A DNA stretch of 64,000 bases from Spizellomyces punctatus DAOM BR117 (taxonomy: Eukaryota), in assembly GCA_000182565.2 (NCBI GenBank), contig KQ257451.1. One strand, 5' to 3'. The position numbers and the translations under genes are program-made. A model generated the notes under the pieces. That model searched no databases. It was not told the DNA's origin and was given only the letters and a program-made list of their open reading frames with translations. Each line of letters begins with the position of its first letter. Positions within the stretch are counted from its first letter, which is position 1. This document shows, one piece after another, positions 26,913-41,402 of the stretch.

Positions 26913-28115
26913 TCAAAACTTCAAATTTGCTTCCATACTCTGTACCAACATGTCCATGGTCTTTGCCGCTTGTAACCGTTCCGCTTGCTTCCCGCATGGT
27001 GATGCTGGGTCCGGGAAAGGTGCAAACGACGGTATGCTAAACAGGGAAGGCGAACCTGCCACTGGTGACAAAACCCATCGATCAGTGGCTACAGCCTCCG
27101 GTTCTTCCGGATCCATGGCTAACCCTCCTGCTCCGAAAAAGCTCTCAAACGCGCCATTATCGTCCATATTCCCAACCGTTCTGGATCTTCCGAATGCTCG
27201 TTTGTCTTTCCCTCTCCAAATCTGCCTCCTTTGCCGCCCTAGCATCTCTTCACCCTCCGAATCCGACTCGCTTTCTTGAACATACCGCTCCAAGCCCACG
27301 TCAAACCCGGTATCGAGGCCAACTCTTCTTAAGCGCTTGGGTAAACTCTCGGATTCCATACCCAGTTCTGAATGCGCTTGACCAGAGGCTGTTCGTCGAG
27401 CCCGCTGTGATAGGTGATCGCATGCACGGAGACTACTGATAAACAAAGCAGGCGATCTTCTCTTTTCAGGTGCACGGGGAAGTCTTCGAGATTGGTGCGC
27501 GATTACCCTATTCGGATGGCCCGAACGCGATCGAATGCTTGTGGGTGAAAGTGACGGCGGAGTCGTACAGGGACGTTTGGTACCTGCCAAAGGTCGGGGA
27601 TTTCGAGATGAAGGTGTCAAGGTTGGATCAGTACGATGTCGAACAAGTCGGCGACGGGGATCTGGTGTGCCAGGGCAAGGTAATGAAGAACTACCAGCCA
27701 TAGTACTTGATCTCCCTACTTGAGTCGTCGCACTTCGCTGAAACAATCGCGGCCGAGCCAAAGGTTTAGTGGGACTCGTTGCAGGTGATGTGCCTCTCCT
27801 ACCGGTCCAATGACCTCGTTGGCCTGCTTGTCCAGACAAACCGCCTACCCCGAAAAGTGCCGCAGCACGCTGTCCAGGCGTTATTCCCTGTCCTTCAACT
27901 GGCTCCGATCCAGCATCTCTACTGCGTTCTGGAGCAGGGTCCTCTGCTGTCGTTGTTGGCGTCAGAGGACCCGAGGACTGTCTTCGAAAAGTTCGCCGCG
28001 CACTGGACGGTGCTGGCGGAGGTGAGCCAGTTGTTGACAAATTCATTGACGCTAATAGCTCAGCAAGCTCCGTTGAAGTCGTTGGCGTTGACTGTTCTTG
28101 GTTGTAGAAGGTCAT
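26913..28115 (-). CDS. Intronless hypothetical, predicted disordered, Ser/Thr/Pro/Arg-rich protein
   Basis: Open frame of about 400 codons from ATG 28115. Low complexity. No family recognised. Confidence 0.7.
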   Translation of the reverse strand: MTFYNQEQSTPTTSTELAELLASMNLSTTGSPPPAPSSARRTFRRQSSGPLTPTTTAEDPAPERSRDAGSEPVEGQGITPGQRAAALFGVGGLSGQAGQRGHWTGRRGTSPATSPTKPLARPRLFQRSATTQVGRSSTMAGSSSLPCPGTPDPRRRLVRHRTDPTLTPSSRNPRPLAGTKRPCTTPPSLSPTSIRSRSGHPNRVIAHQSRRLPRAPEKRRSPALFISSLRACDHLSQRARRTASGQAHSELGMESESLPKRLRRVGLDTGFDVGLERYVQESESDSEGEEMLGRQRRQIWRGKDKRAFGRSRTVGNMDDNGAFESFFGAGGLAMDPEEPEAVATDRWVLSPVAGSPSLFSIPSFAPFPDPASPCGKQAERLQAAKTMDMLVQSMEANLKF

Positions 28116-30468
28116 TATGCCAAAATGGAAGTACGAGGAAGCCACTATCGAGTGGGCTGGTGCAACGATTGCACACCCGCCAATACAAGCATAAAACCTG
28201 TCAGAACAGAGAGCTTGATAACCTTGTTATTCAGTCACCGCATACAACCGACGAACTTTATAAAGCAACGTCCGCCGTTTTCCGTACCTTCAAAATACCG
28301 CGGGACAAAGTCTACAGCAACATCGCTTACCAAGCTCAGTAAGCTGAACCAGCAGAGGAACGCGAAATGAACCGGCAAGTGGCCCAGAGTTCTCCGCCTG
28401 CAAAAAGTCCGAGAGCTCGATCCAAGCCCATAAAGGCCAAGCTCTGAGACCCTTCAAAGTCTAAACGGGACGCATCACTGCCCTCATGCTTCGTGCATGC
28501 CTTGAACTGCTGCGCAAACAACAATCGGAGCACGATACACTCGACCATGGGAACAAAAGCCCTTTATTTGCAAACGCTTTGCTCAACTAACTCATCCACT
28601 TGGAAACAAGTTTGACGCTGCACTACGAAGAGAAGATGCACTTATTGAACCAGTGTGCGAGCGTACCATACAGCGTTGGCTTGTCCCTTTATGCTACTCT
28701 CCAAGTTCACGACGCTTTTGGTGAAGTCGGTTCACCGTACTACAGTTCTAGTTGTGAAGAAGTTGTCTTCTTCTGACCTTGCTAGGTTGCATGGTTTGCA
28801 GTCTTGCTCTCCGTCGTATGAGGACTACACCGCATGCCGTAAACTGATGCTCGTTTGCTTCACATTGGAGCAATATAGCATATCTGTCGCTGCCTTCTGG
28901 CAACCAGGCGAATCTTTCGAACTCAAAAGTATGCTATCAAACTACGGAAACACTCTAATACAAACCGGACATTACGGTCAGCTGAAGTGCAATTTGCATT
29001 TTGCATCCAAGACCCTCTTAGGCTTCGTCACTTGGCAAGGCAACCTTCATATTGGAATTGAGAGGTCGAAGTCATTACAAATATGATACGATTACCAGAT
29101 GGAAATATCCATTGGGAGTAGCAAGGAATACTAATCTGTGGTACGTTGAATACGGCTCGAAGCCCAGAACCCAGGATTACTCTTATACAACGATGTGAAT
29201 GAAGGATGAAACCTAGATTACAGAGCTTCTCCCATGAAATGAATACTTGGCCCAATCGCAGGAATGAACTCGCTCCTTTGACTTTTTTTGCTGGCATCGC
29301 TCTTTCTGCCTTCTAGGCTCAAGTTTCCTGCCAAATCCTCTGAATTGTCTCAAAATATGCTTCTTCGCTTGTTTCTTCTGATTGGCATGATTGGAGGATT
29401 ATAACTCAACCACGATGATGGGGCCATATGTGGTACGCTTGTGTTAGATTTATCAGTAGTTCTGTAAGCGGAGAGTCCTGCATTTGGCCACACCAAGAAA
29501 CGGGAAGAGAAAACTATAGTAAAAATATCCGGCTATTTCCGCATGATTATGGAGCGATTGCGACAAGTATAGTGTGAGGAATCGCCCGAGAATGTTCTGA
29601 CCAACAGCTTGATCCTTGTCTCCAACACGACTGGTAATACATTCGTACCTGTATCCTCCCTCTTCTATACTCTCCTCCGCACATGATGGAGATGCTCCCA
29701 CTTCTTATGACTTCGGCCGCCAAAAAGCCGTTCACTCCCTACGCCCTCTTCTTGCCATGAAGGTCAAGTTAGTCGAGTCCCTGCCTGATAAGATTGTCAA
29801 TTGGAACTTCGAGCAACCGAGCCCGCTCGACACCGCAGAGATCAAGATGAGAGGCGCATCGCCGGTATTGCTTTTCACTCGACAGGGATCACCGTGATAG
29901 CAGGCTCAAATTGCAGTCCTCCCACAACTTGCCGATCTTTGATGAGCTAATTCTACTTTGTAATGCATGAGAGGAAACTCCACGGCTAGTCAGGTTCACG
30001 TTGAGCCTCGATCAGACATAAAGCGGTTCAGCCTTGCCCTTTGCAGTCTATTATTCGATGATGCACCAAGCAGACAGATAACTTTGCTAGCACACTTGTG
30101 ATGATATAAATGCTCTGACTGTTCTTCATCGCTAAATTATTGTAGCAGCTCTGAGCTCTCCGCGCTAATGCGTCTCCCGCGCTACCATTCCCCAGAAATG
30201 ACGATGCTACGGTAACTTCAGCAGTGAAGAGAGGCCAGTTACACATAGCAATTGGGCTAACGAGAAGATATGCAGCGAATCTCATAGGAGTAGCTGCTGC
30301 TCGATCAAATAATTAATCAGAATTTGAATGGTCTTTCATGACACTGCACTTGGGGGAGCATGGAGTACAAAAAGCATATAATTGAAATAAATAACTCAGG
30401 TATGTACAATTCAGGACCTCCAACGCTAACCGTCGACGTGATCGCATGTCGCACTGTCGTATAGAACA

Positions 30469-31141
30469 CTACAATAGGTCAAAGTCGTCCAGCTGGTGAA
30501 GCAACGGTATCAGGTCTCCATTAAGATACGATAGATCAACCAGAAGTTAGTTCCTACCTTGTCGTTATATTTCATAATCTTCCTCTTGATCTTGGAAGTA
30601 TCGACCCAGGTTACAAAGTCTTCCATATTTCTCGTGACAAGATATGCTGGGTCTGTCACTGTTTCCGGCCCTACTCGCACATGTCCCTGCTCTACATATA
30701 CAACCGCTTGCTTCACCGTTTCTGCCATTTTTAGGCGCACCATGACCACTGGAAGCCTACGCCTACAGAAGGCAGCCACAGTAATCTTTGAGCACTGACT
30801 TAGACTCTTCTCGGCAGTCAGGACGCCCATCTTGTAGAGCTTTTCCAGTAATGCATCTGTCATCTTTACGCGGACAGGATCGCGAGGGTCCAATAGAGAG
30901 AGTTTATTTGCCAGCTTCGTTATTTGACCACACATTTTGTTATATCTGTGTAGGATGAAAGGTGAGCACCAAAATATGCATTGTTTAGAGAGTACACAAC
31001 AAACTTTATATAGTCCTCTCGCTTCTGGACGTGGTATCGCCGCATAACTCTGGTCTCGTGAAGCGACTGATCGGACTTCCATTGTAGGAAGTCCACCTTC
31101 CGAAGCAGCTTTTTCTCGTGGTACTTGAATTCTCGAACCAT
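30469..31141 (-). CDS. IMP3: U3 snoRNP protein Imp3 (S4 domain), 3 exons
   Basis: MVREFKYHEKKLLRKVDFLQWK, FCRRRLPVVM, EQGHVRVGP, RNMEDFVTWVDTSKIKR and LDDFDLL. Confidence 0.97.
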
Positions 31142-31286
31142 TGCGGATGAGCAGGAGGGAGGGTTGGAAGAGTGTTGATTGCCGTTGACCACCTTCGTCA
31201 GAAGCAGTTTCCATCCAGCACGTGAAAAAACAAATTCTTGGCACAGTCATGGTACAATGAACAAAAGAGAACCAAGATAATGGGTA

Positions 31287-31358
31287 CTCCGCATCGGGGA
31301 ATCGAACCCCGGCCACCGCGGTGAAAGCGCGGGATCCTAACCACTGGACCAATGCGGA
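31287..31358 (-). tRNA. tRNA-Glu (anticodon TTC), intronless
   Basis: Cloverleaf TCCGCAT...ATGCGGA(G), D-arm TGGTCCAGTGGTTAGGA, anticodon arm CCGCG-CT-TTC-AC-CGCGG and T-loop GGTTCGATTCC. Confidence 0.96.
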
Positions 31359-31625
31359 CGGTTCGTTCGTCCTTCGGAATAATCAACATATGTTTTCAGG
31401 CTTCCCGGTACTCACAGCTCCTTATGGCGGCATTTGTAAATATCATCGATTCATGTTTTACGTCCAAACCATTTAATTCCTCGCTCCGCCTTGTTGTCTG
31501 TGGGTGGATAACTGCACACTTCAAGTTGCCGACTAAGTGTATATTCATCATACATCGTAAGGTTTTATCATTACAATCAAAATTTAACCTATCCAAAACT
31601 ATCTGAAAATCTCTGCCTACAAACG

Positions 31626-34161
31626 TCATTTCTGGGTGTGTCGAGCTTCACCATTCGGCACAACCCCAGGGCTCACCTTCGCAGTAGCATTCTTGGGTGC
31701 TGTGGCGAGTGGTGGTCGCTGAGTTGACTCCTCCACTTGTCCTGAAACTCTATCGCGCTTTCCCCAGCTTCTGCCGGATGTTCCCACGGCACCGCCGTTT
31801 CGCGATGGTGTAGGACTGCTGGCCCTCGATTCGTGCTTCGATGCGGACGCCGCTAAATCATTGCCGGAACTACTTTTACGGAGGCTAGACGGTGGAGTAT
31901 GAGGACGGGATCGCGACACGCTGGACATGGTTTTGCTGCTTCCCGATGACACTAAATGAGGATTCGATTGTGACGTACGCCGGAACCTGGGAGATGAAAC
32001 TAAGCGAGTGTTCGAGCCTGCGATCTCGCCCCCGGTCCCCGTGATTCCTGAAGAAGTAGAACCGTGATCAAGGACGAAAACAGATGCATTAACAAATCGC
32101 TCTGAAATCTCGCGCGACATGGAATCTAAGAATCGGGTGCCATTACAAATGAATGGCTGTCCCGTTTCTGCTTCCATCGCCTGTACACCCTTTCTCAGCG
32201 CATCCTCCATTTTTAATAGTGTAGGATAGCATGTCTTGCGGAACTTCTCCTCTTCCACAAGACGGAACGACGGTCGAAATAGCCTTTTGGGATCGGACGC
32301 AGTTTTCTCAAAATCAATCATCTTCTGGATAAACGCCACTCGATCCTCCACCATCTTGAACAAGGACCGGTGCACTTCATAGCGCTTCTCTAAGATTTCA
32401 ATTTCCTGACATAGAATCTCGACAGTCAATGGCGAATAAGGATTGTCTTTAATGTTATCCATAAATCGTCTGCGTTCATCATGCGGAACATGACATTGCT
32501 GCCAGAGTGTCTCAGCCCGCTTGAGCAAACTGTCAACTTTCTCCTCCATGTTTTGCTTCCATTTTACACGCAAATCATCAGATATCGCCGTGTACTCATC
32601 GATACATTCTATGCTTCTCCGAAGGGCTTTCCTGTGGCTTTTCGGGATATCCAGTTGATCCCAGAAGAGCTCGATTTCTCGAATCAAGTTGTCGACTTTT
32701 TTCATCAACAGCTCATGTTCAACTCGAACGCGCTCACTAGCATCCTTGAGCTCGCAAATAAATTTGCGCGACAAACTCAAGGGTGGCCGGATGCCTTTCG
32801 ACACTAATGCAGATCGAATATGCTCGGGCGAAAGAATGGCAATTGAAACGCCGTCGCACAAGTTGTCTAAGGGTGATCGAAATGGCTCCGGTACCGACTG
32901 GGAAAGTTCACAAGAGAGACATAATAGTTGCGCTGCTGATCGGCTGAGAGCGTCTATGCGTAACACCTGAAGCCAGTGAGCTATCGGCACGTTTTTGTTA
33001 GAAGAAGTGAGCAAGGCATATGCGTACTTTCTCAGTTTCAAGTTCCTTCAGTATACGGCGTGCTTTCTCAAGACTACTCAGCGTCAATTCCGAACTTGGC
33101 TGTAAGAAACGACGGTCAATCATAGCACTAGCAGATGCAAGATATTGAGAGAATCCTGATACCATATTATCTTCATCCTCTTCAAAATCTTCCAATTCTT
33201 CGCGAAGAGCGACGCATTGGTTCCAAATCATTTTGTGTTCTTCCTGGCGTTGTGATATAAGCTGGCAATAGATAATCTTGGTCAGTACAGTGGATGGTAA
33301 AAGCAGCAAAGTCAGCCAGGTCTACCTGACGTAAACTATTATGCTTTTGTGCTAGTTCTCCGCGTTGTAGATAGATAGAGGTTATTGGTGCATGAGAATC
33401 TCCAATATACTGATCAAGGCTCTCCCCTGTGGTATCACAGTACGAGCGTATCTCACTCTGCACTTTTTAATGTCAGAGGTATTGTGAGCCTCCCTCATCC
33501 TTGGCATAAGCACATACCGAAAGTCTCTCAATCTGGAGTATTACTTCCTCGCGCCGTCTCATCTCGTCCGAAATCATTGCTTCAATAATTTCCTTCAAGC
33601 ACTTGTAGGCAATATGGATTGGCGACTGAAATGAACTGCTACAGATCTGTACCAAGCTTGCATCATACCTGGAACGACCGCTCGCGTTCCGCCCAGCCAG
33701 ACGGTCCATTACCGAGCATACTCAGGGGCGCCGCCATGCCGGCTTCACTGCCTTCCTTTCCATCAAGCACAACAGGAGTATATCCACTATCCTCGTACAA
33801 TGCCTCTTGCCAGAGCTCCTCTATCCGAACGAGTTTTGCTTTGACGTCGTTCAAGGACTCAAAGCTAAAGCTATGCACGAAGCTGGCTGTACTATCACTA
33901 TTTCTGATCGGCGAAGCATTCGGCGCGCGTTTGTGAGGTGTCTCTTGTTTGGCAGATGCCCGAGGGGGAGAATAGAAGCGGGTCGCACCCCGCGAGCTTT
34001 GCGAGAAGCTAGGAGAAGACAGAACTCGTTTTGCGACTTGCGAGACGGTTCGAACTGGTGGAGAACTATCTGCAGATGTCTGAATATAGGATCTAAGGTT
34101 TAGACGCTATCCTTTTGCTGAATTATAGCTTGCACAAAAGAACAAAGCAACTCGCCAGCAT
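31626..34161 (-). CDS. ASE1: Ase1/PRC1/MAP65 family spindle midzone microtubule crosslinker, multi-exon
   Basis: Coiled-coil repeats (LFWDQLDIP, LWQQC) and DFEKTASDPKRLF...RLVEEEKFRK...PTLLKME...GQPFICNG. The 5' end requires a GC-AG intron at 34155-34080. Confidence 0.85.
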
Positions 34162-34181
34162 TTTATTTTCCTTTGTAAGGT

Positions 34182-34363
34182 ACGCGTATGAGGTCCAACG
34201 CCAAACGCGGCGGTTTTACGGGAAAGCTCAATCACTAAACTTCTCACTCAGCAGTGTACTGTAGTTGCTAAAGCTGTCTATGGTGCTGTTGGTCCGTTTC
34301 AGATATTTTTGTTAAGCAAAGGTGTGAGATCACTCTAGGACGGACGCGACCTTGGGACGCGAC
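34182..34363. promoter_or_regulatory. Cluster of ACGCG (MCB-like) boxes upstream of ASE1
   Basis: ACGCGT at 34182, ACGCG at 34205, and GGACGCGAC twice (34342, 34355). Confidence 0.45.
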
Positions 34364-34532
34364 GGACTATGCTCAAGAACACGTGACCGTAGCCTAGCGA
34401 TACGCTCTGCTTGCAATTCAGAGCTGTTCAACATATTCATTCACATCTAAACTTTCCCGGAGCTGAATATTACATGCACCATCTTGCAAAAATCATGAGG
34501 AACAACGTCATTGTGATTTATTGCGCATATAT

Positions 34533-35805
34533 TTAGGCGTAACGGTGAATTTCATCTGGGGTGCATCCACGCAGGAATGGAGGTTCGTTACCCTTGCTGT
34601 AAATGTCGGTAAATAGTTCCCCCACATCGGGCTCAGGGCTGGCTTTCGCGTCTGTCACTGCTTTGTCAATCTCCGTTCGCACCTCCTTGTCAATTTTCTT
34701 CAATTCTTCCTCCGACAAAATATCCCGCTCAAGAATCCTCTCCTTCAACCCAGTAATCGGATCATTGGTCGAGCGCATGTGTTGAATTTCTTCACGGGTA
34801 CGGTACGTAGTTCCCGGGTCGGACATAGAGTGTCCACCGTACCGGTATGTGACCATTTCCATGACAAGAGGCCCTTTTCCAGAAAGAGTCCATTCACGTG
34901 CCCATTTTGATGCCTCTTTCACAGCTAGAACGTCCATCCCATTGACCCGAATACCAGGGATGTAGTCACCGCGCGTATAGTACTTTGTCGATGCTGCTGC
35001 ACGGTGTGCAGAGGTACCCATACCATACATGTTGTTTTCGCAAACGAAGACAACAGGAAGATTCCACAGCTTTGCCATGTTGTATGCCTCAAAAACCTGC
35101 CCTTGGTTTGCGGCACCGTCCCCGTACAGCGCAAATGTCATTGTTCCCTTGTTCAGATACTTTTGGGCAAGGGCAATCCCTGCACCGATAGGTACCTGCG
35201 CACCGACAATACCGTTTCCGCCATAAAATTCGTGCGCAAACATGTGCATTGAACCACCCTTGCCCCGTGAGCATCCATCACGTCGACCCATCAGTTCTGC
35301 TAATATACTCGTCGGAGAGGCACCCCGAACCAATGTGAACCCGTGACAGCGGTACGCCGTAATGATTGAATCGTCTTTCGAGATCCCCGCGCTCATCCCA
35401 GTGGCAACAGCCTCCTGGCCCGTCGACAAGTGGCAGAAACCCCGAATCAACTTTGCTTTATAAAGCTGTTTGATTCAGAAGCAGACATGATCTTAACATA
35501 TGAAGATAGAGAACAGAAGCACTTTTATTACGAGGTACCTGGTCAGACGCGGTCTCCAACCGGCGGATGACCGCCATTGTCCGGTATAATTCGACCAACT
35601 CATCTTTGGTTGCGGTGGACTCAAGAGGGATGGGGCCACAGTTGTGATAGGCATAGTGGCTCTCGGGAAAGGTAAATGTGTAGGTCTCCTCTGCGCGGGG
35701 GACGGCAGTTGTCGAGAACAGCCGGGGTGCAACGCTGGAGGGTGTAGCGCGCATGCCGATGGAACGCGCCGCCGATGCCGTTCGTGCTAGTGTGTGCGTC
35801 AACAT
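34533..35805 (-). CDS. PDA1: Pyruvate dehydrogenase E1 alpha, mitochondrial
   Basis: IRGFCHL, GKGGSMH, TPP motif [10 protein letters not shown]...CENN and [13 protein letters not shown]. One intron. Confidence 0.98.
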
Positions 35806-36205
35806 GGCGTTTGCACAGAGCGCAGAAAGAAAGACTGGGAAGAGGCTCGTCGGCACTGCAGCAACTCAATACAAAGAAAACAAGTGCCGAATATAAAACT
35901 GCGGCGACGACGACAACTGACGGCAGGACAATGGTAATCGATCGATGACCCGTCGGATAGGGTGCACTAAGCCAACAGTCTAAGCCATGAGTGTACGTCA
36001 TCAAATCAGACCAATGAAGAACCTGTGGCGCTGCACTCACGCAGAGTCGTCCTGCCTGCACGGATGACGCGTTCAAGTGCATTCAGAACTTGTCGAGATT
36101 TGCAGACAATCATTCTTGGAAGCGCCCTTATTAATATTGCGAGCGACATCTTTGCACCGTGATCTAAATTCACTACCATTCAATTAGCACTATTCGCGAG
36201 AAAAA

Positions 36206-37867
36206 ATGTCTGGCGGGACACTAGCCGATTCCCTTACGCAAGCCGATGAGCTGGCCAAGACGTCTCCGGACCAGGCCATCATTGCTTATCAGAACCTAGT
36301 CAATGATGCCACAGGGGGCACCGAGGAAGAAGTTAGAGTCAGGGAGGCCGCCTTTTTGAAGTTAGGAGAGCTTTATCGGGATACTAAGAGAGCGCAGGAA
36401 CTGGGACAACTCATTCGGGCGTCGCCGTCGTATTTGGCCAACACATCCAAAGCAAAGACTGCCAAACTCATAAGAACGCTACTCGATCTTTTTGCGGATA
36501 TCCCAGACTCTATTCCTCTTCAAATCGACGTGTGCAGGGAATCCATTCAATGGGCCCTGAACGAGAAACGCATATTTTTGCGACAGGCGTTGGAGACTCG
36601 GCTAGTGGCTCTTTATTTGGATAACAAATCATACTCGGATGCCCTTACGCTCATCGCATCCCTGCTAAAAGAGTTGAAGCGATTGGATGACAAGAATGTA
36701 TTGATGGAAGTTCAGCTACTTGAAAGTAGAGCCTATCATGCCTTGCGCAACCTGGCAAAATCGCGTGCAGCGTTGACCTCAGCGCGTACATCAGCCAATT
36801 CAATTTACTGCCCACCCTTGATGCAGGCTCAGCTTGATATGCAGTCAGGAATCTTGCATGCCGAAGAGAAGGACTACAAAACAGCGTAGGTGGAATGGAC
36901 CACTGGACGCAATGATGGGGGCTCCTTGCGAATCACTCTTTTCTTCTCTAGATACTCGTACTTTTACGAAACATTAGAAAGCTTTGCATCACAGGATGAC
37001 AGGCGGGCTGTCCTCGCTCTAAAGTACATGTTACTGTGCAAAATAATGCTGAACCTGGTGCGTGAACCAACCATCGCTTGTCACCCATATCTGAGCGAGA
37101 AATTCATTCTCCTTCAAGTCAGAAGATGTCAATGCTATTGTAAATAGCAAACTGGCCCTGCGGTATGCTGGATCTCAAGTCGAAGCAATGCGCGCCATCG
37201 CAAGCGCCCATCAAAATCGGTCCCTTCTAGAGTTTGAGCAAGCTTTGGCAAAATACAAAGAAGGTCAGTGTCCGTAGGCAAAGTCCGGCATCTGCTGTAG
37301 ATCCTAAAAATAGTATGTTGGCGTCCTACAGAGCTAGGAAATGATCCCATCATACGCTCCCACCTGGCTGCACTGTACGACACCTTATTTGAACAAAATT
37401 TGCTGCGAATCATTGAGCCCTTCTCTCGGGTTGAAATCGCTCATGTTGCTGAATTGGTGAAGCTTCCTACAACGTCTGTCGAAACTAAGTGAGTGGTCTG
37501 TGTGGCTAACGTTAAAGAATCGTAGAATGCTAAAAAGTCAATCTACTGTCCGAAGACTGTCCCAGATGATTCTTGATAAAGTGTTTAGTGGAATTCTGGA
37601 TCAAGGAGCCGGATGTCTGGAAGTGTTTGATGAACGCGAGGCAGATGTAAGATCTCTCACATGTAACCTGGTTACGATGTATCTTGACGCGTACCGTTCC
37701 GATTCTAGAAAACATATGAGGCAACGCTAGATACCATCAAAAACATGGGTCACGTGGTGGAATCGCTTTACGAGAAGGTATGTCTCGTTTTTTGGGTGAA
37801 TTTCCTGGATATTTTGATAGACATTTATTCTCTGGCTACTCGTTTTCAGGCAGCTCAACTAACATAG
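36206..37867 (+). CDS. RPN6: 26S proteasome lid subunit Rpn6 (PSMD11), multi-exon
   Basis: [56 protein letters not shown] and PCI domain LSQMILDK...GILDQG. Confidence 0.97.
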
Positions 37868-37962
37868 ATAGGCTGTGTACTTCACTGGGATAATATATTT
37901 TCTGTGGAACTCTCATTGAAATACTCTCAGTATGCAATATTCTCTATGGATTATGCAGCTGT

Positions 37963-40905
<2,943 letters not shown>

Positions 40906-41165
40906 TTTTCAAGATCTTGCTGAATGCCCGAGAATGTATGCGTATGCCAACGGGGACACGGGTAGCCAGCAAAAATGCCCGTACGAGCAGAGACAAGCGA
41001 CCCGCTGACTCGACGTCCAAAGCCAGATTGCGTTTTCAATCCTCGACAGTGGGTGGCAAACAACCTGCTCATTGAACCTCTGACTCACTCACCAGCCGTA
41101 CCACCAGGCGCGGCACAGTCATTCTCAATGTTGCATGCAGCGACAAGTCAAACAGTCAAAAACAA

Positions 41166-41237
41166 TTCCGCATCGGGGAATCGAACCCCGGCCGCCGCGG
41201 TGAGAGCGCGGAATCCTAACCACTGGACCAATGCGGA
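41166..41237 (-). tRNA. tRNA-Glu (anticodon CTC), intronless
   Basis: Same cloverleaf as 31287-31358 with anticodon loop CT-CTC-AC. A T5 terminator follows directly downstream. Confidence 0.96.
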
Positions 41238-41402
41238 TCACATCATCGCAGAGCGCCCATAAACTTCAGATGGTTATTAGTATTCTTATTAAGTTCAAGC
41301 CTGACCAAACACTGTTGGAACTAAATCCAGAGGCACAATGAAAGTATCGTCTTGAAATATCAAACTATTACTCGCTACAGCTATGGGCTAATTGATAAAG
41401 TT

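Noticed and set aside
29707..29760. MTSAAKKPFTPYALFLP*, resembling the start of an HMG box
   Set aside because: It stops after 17 codons, and no later HMG helices are seen in any frame.
30510..31352. 280-aa ORF-track protein apparently extending IMP3
   Set aside because: Artefact of reading through the tRNA-Glu gene and an intron. The real start is MVREFK at 31141.
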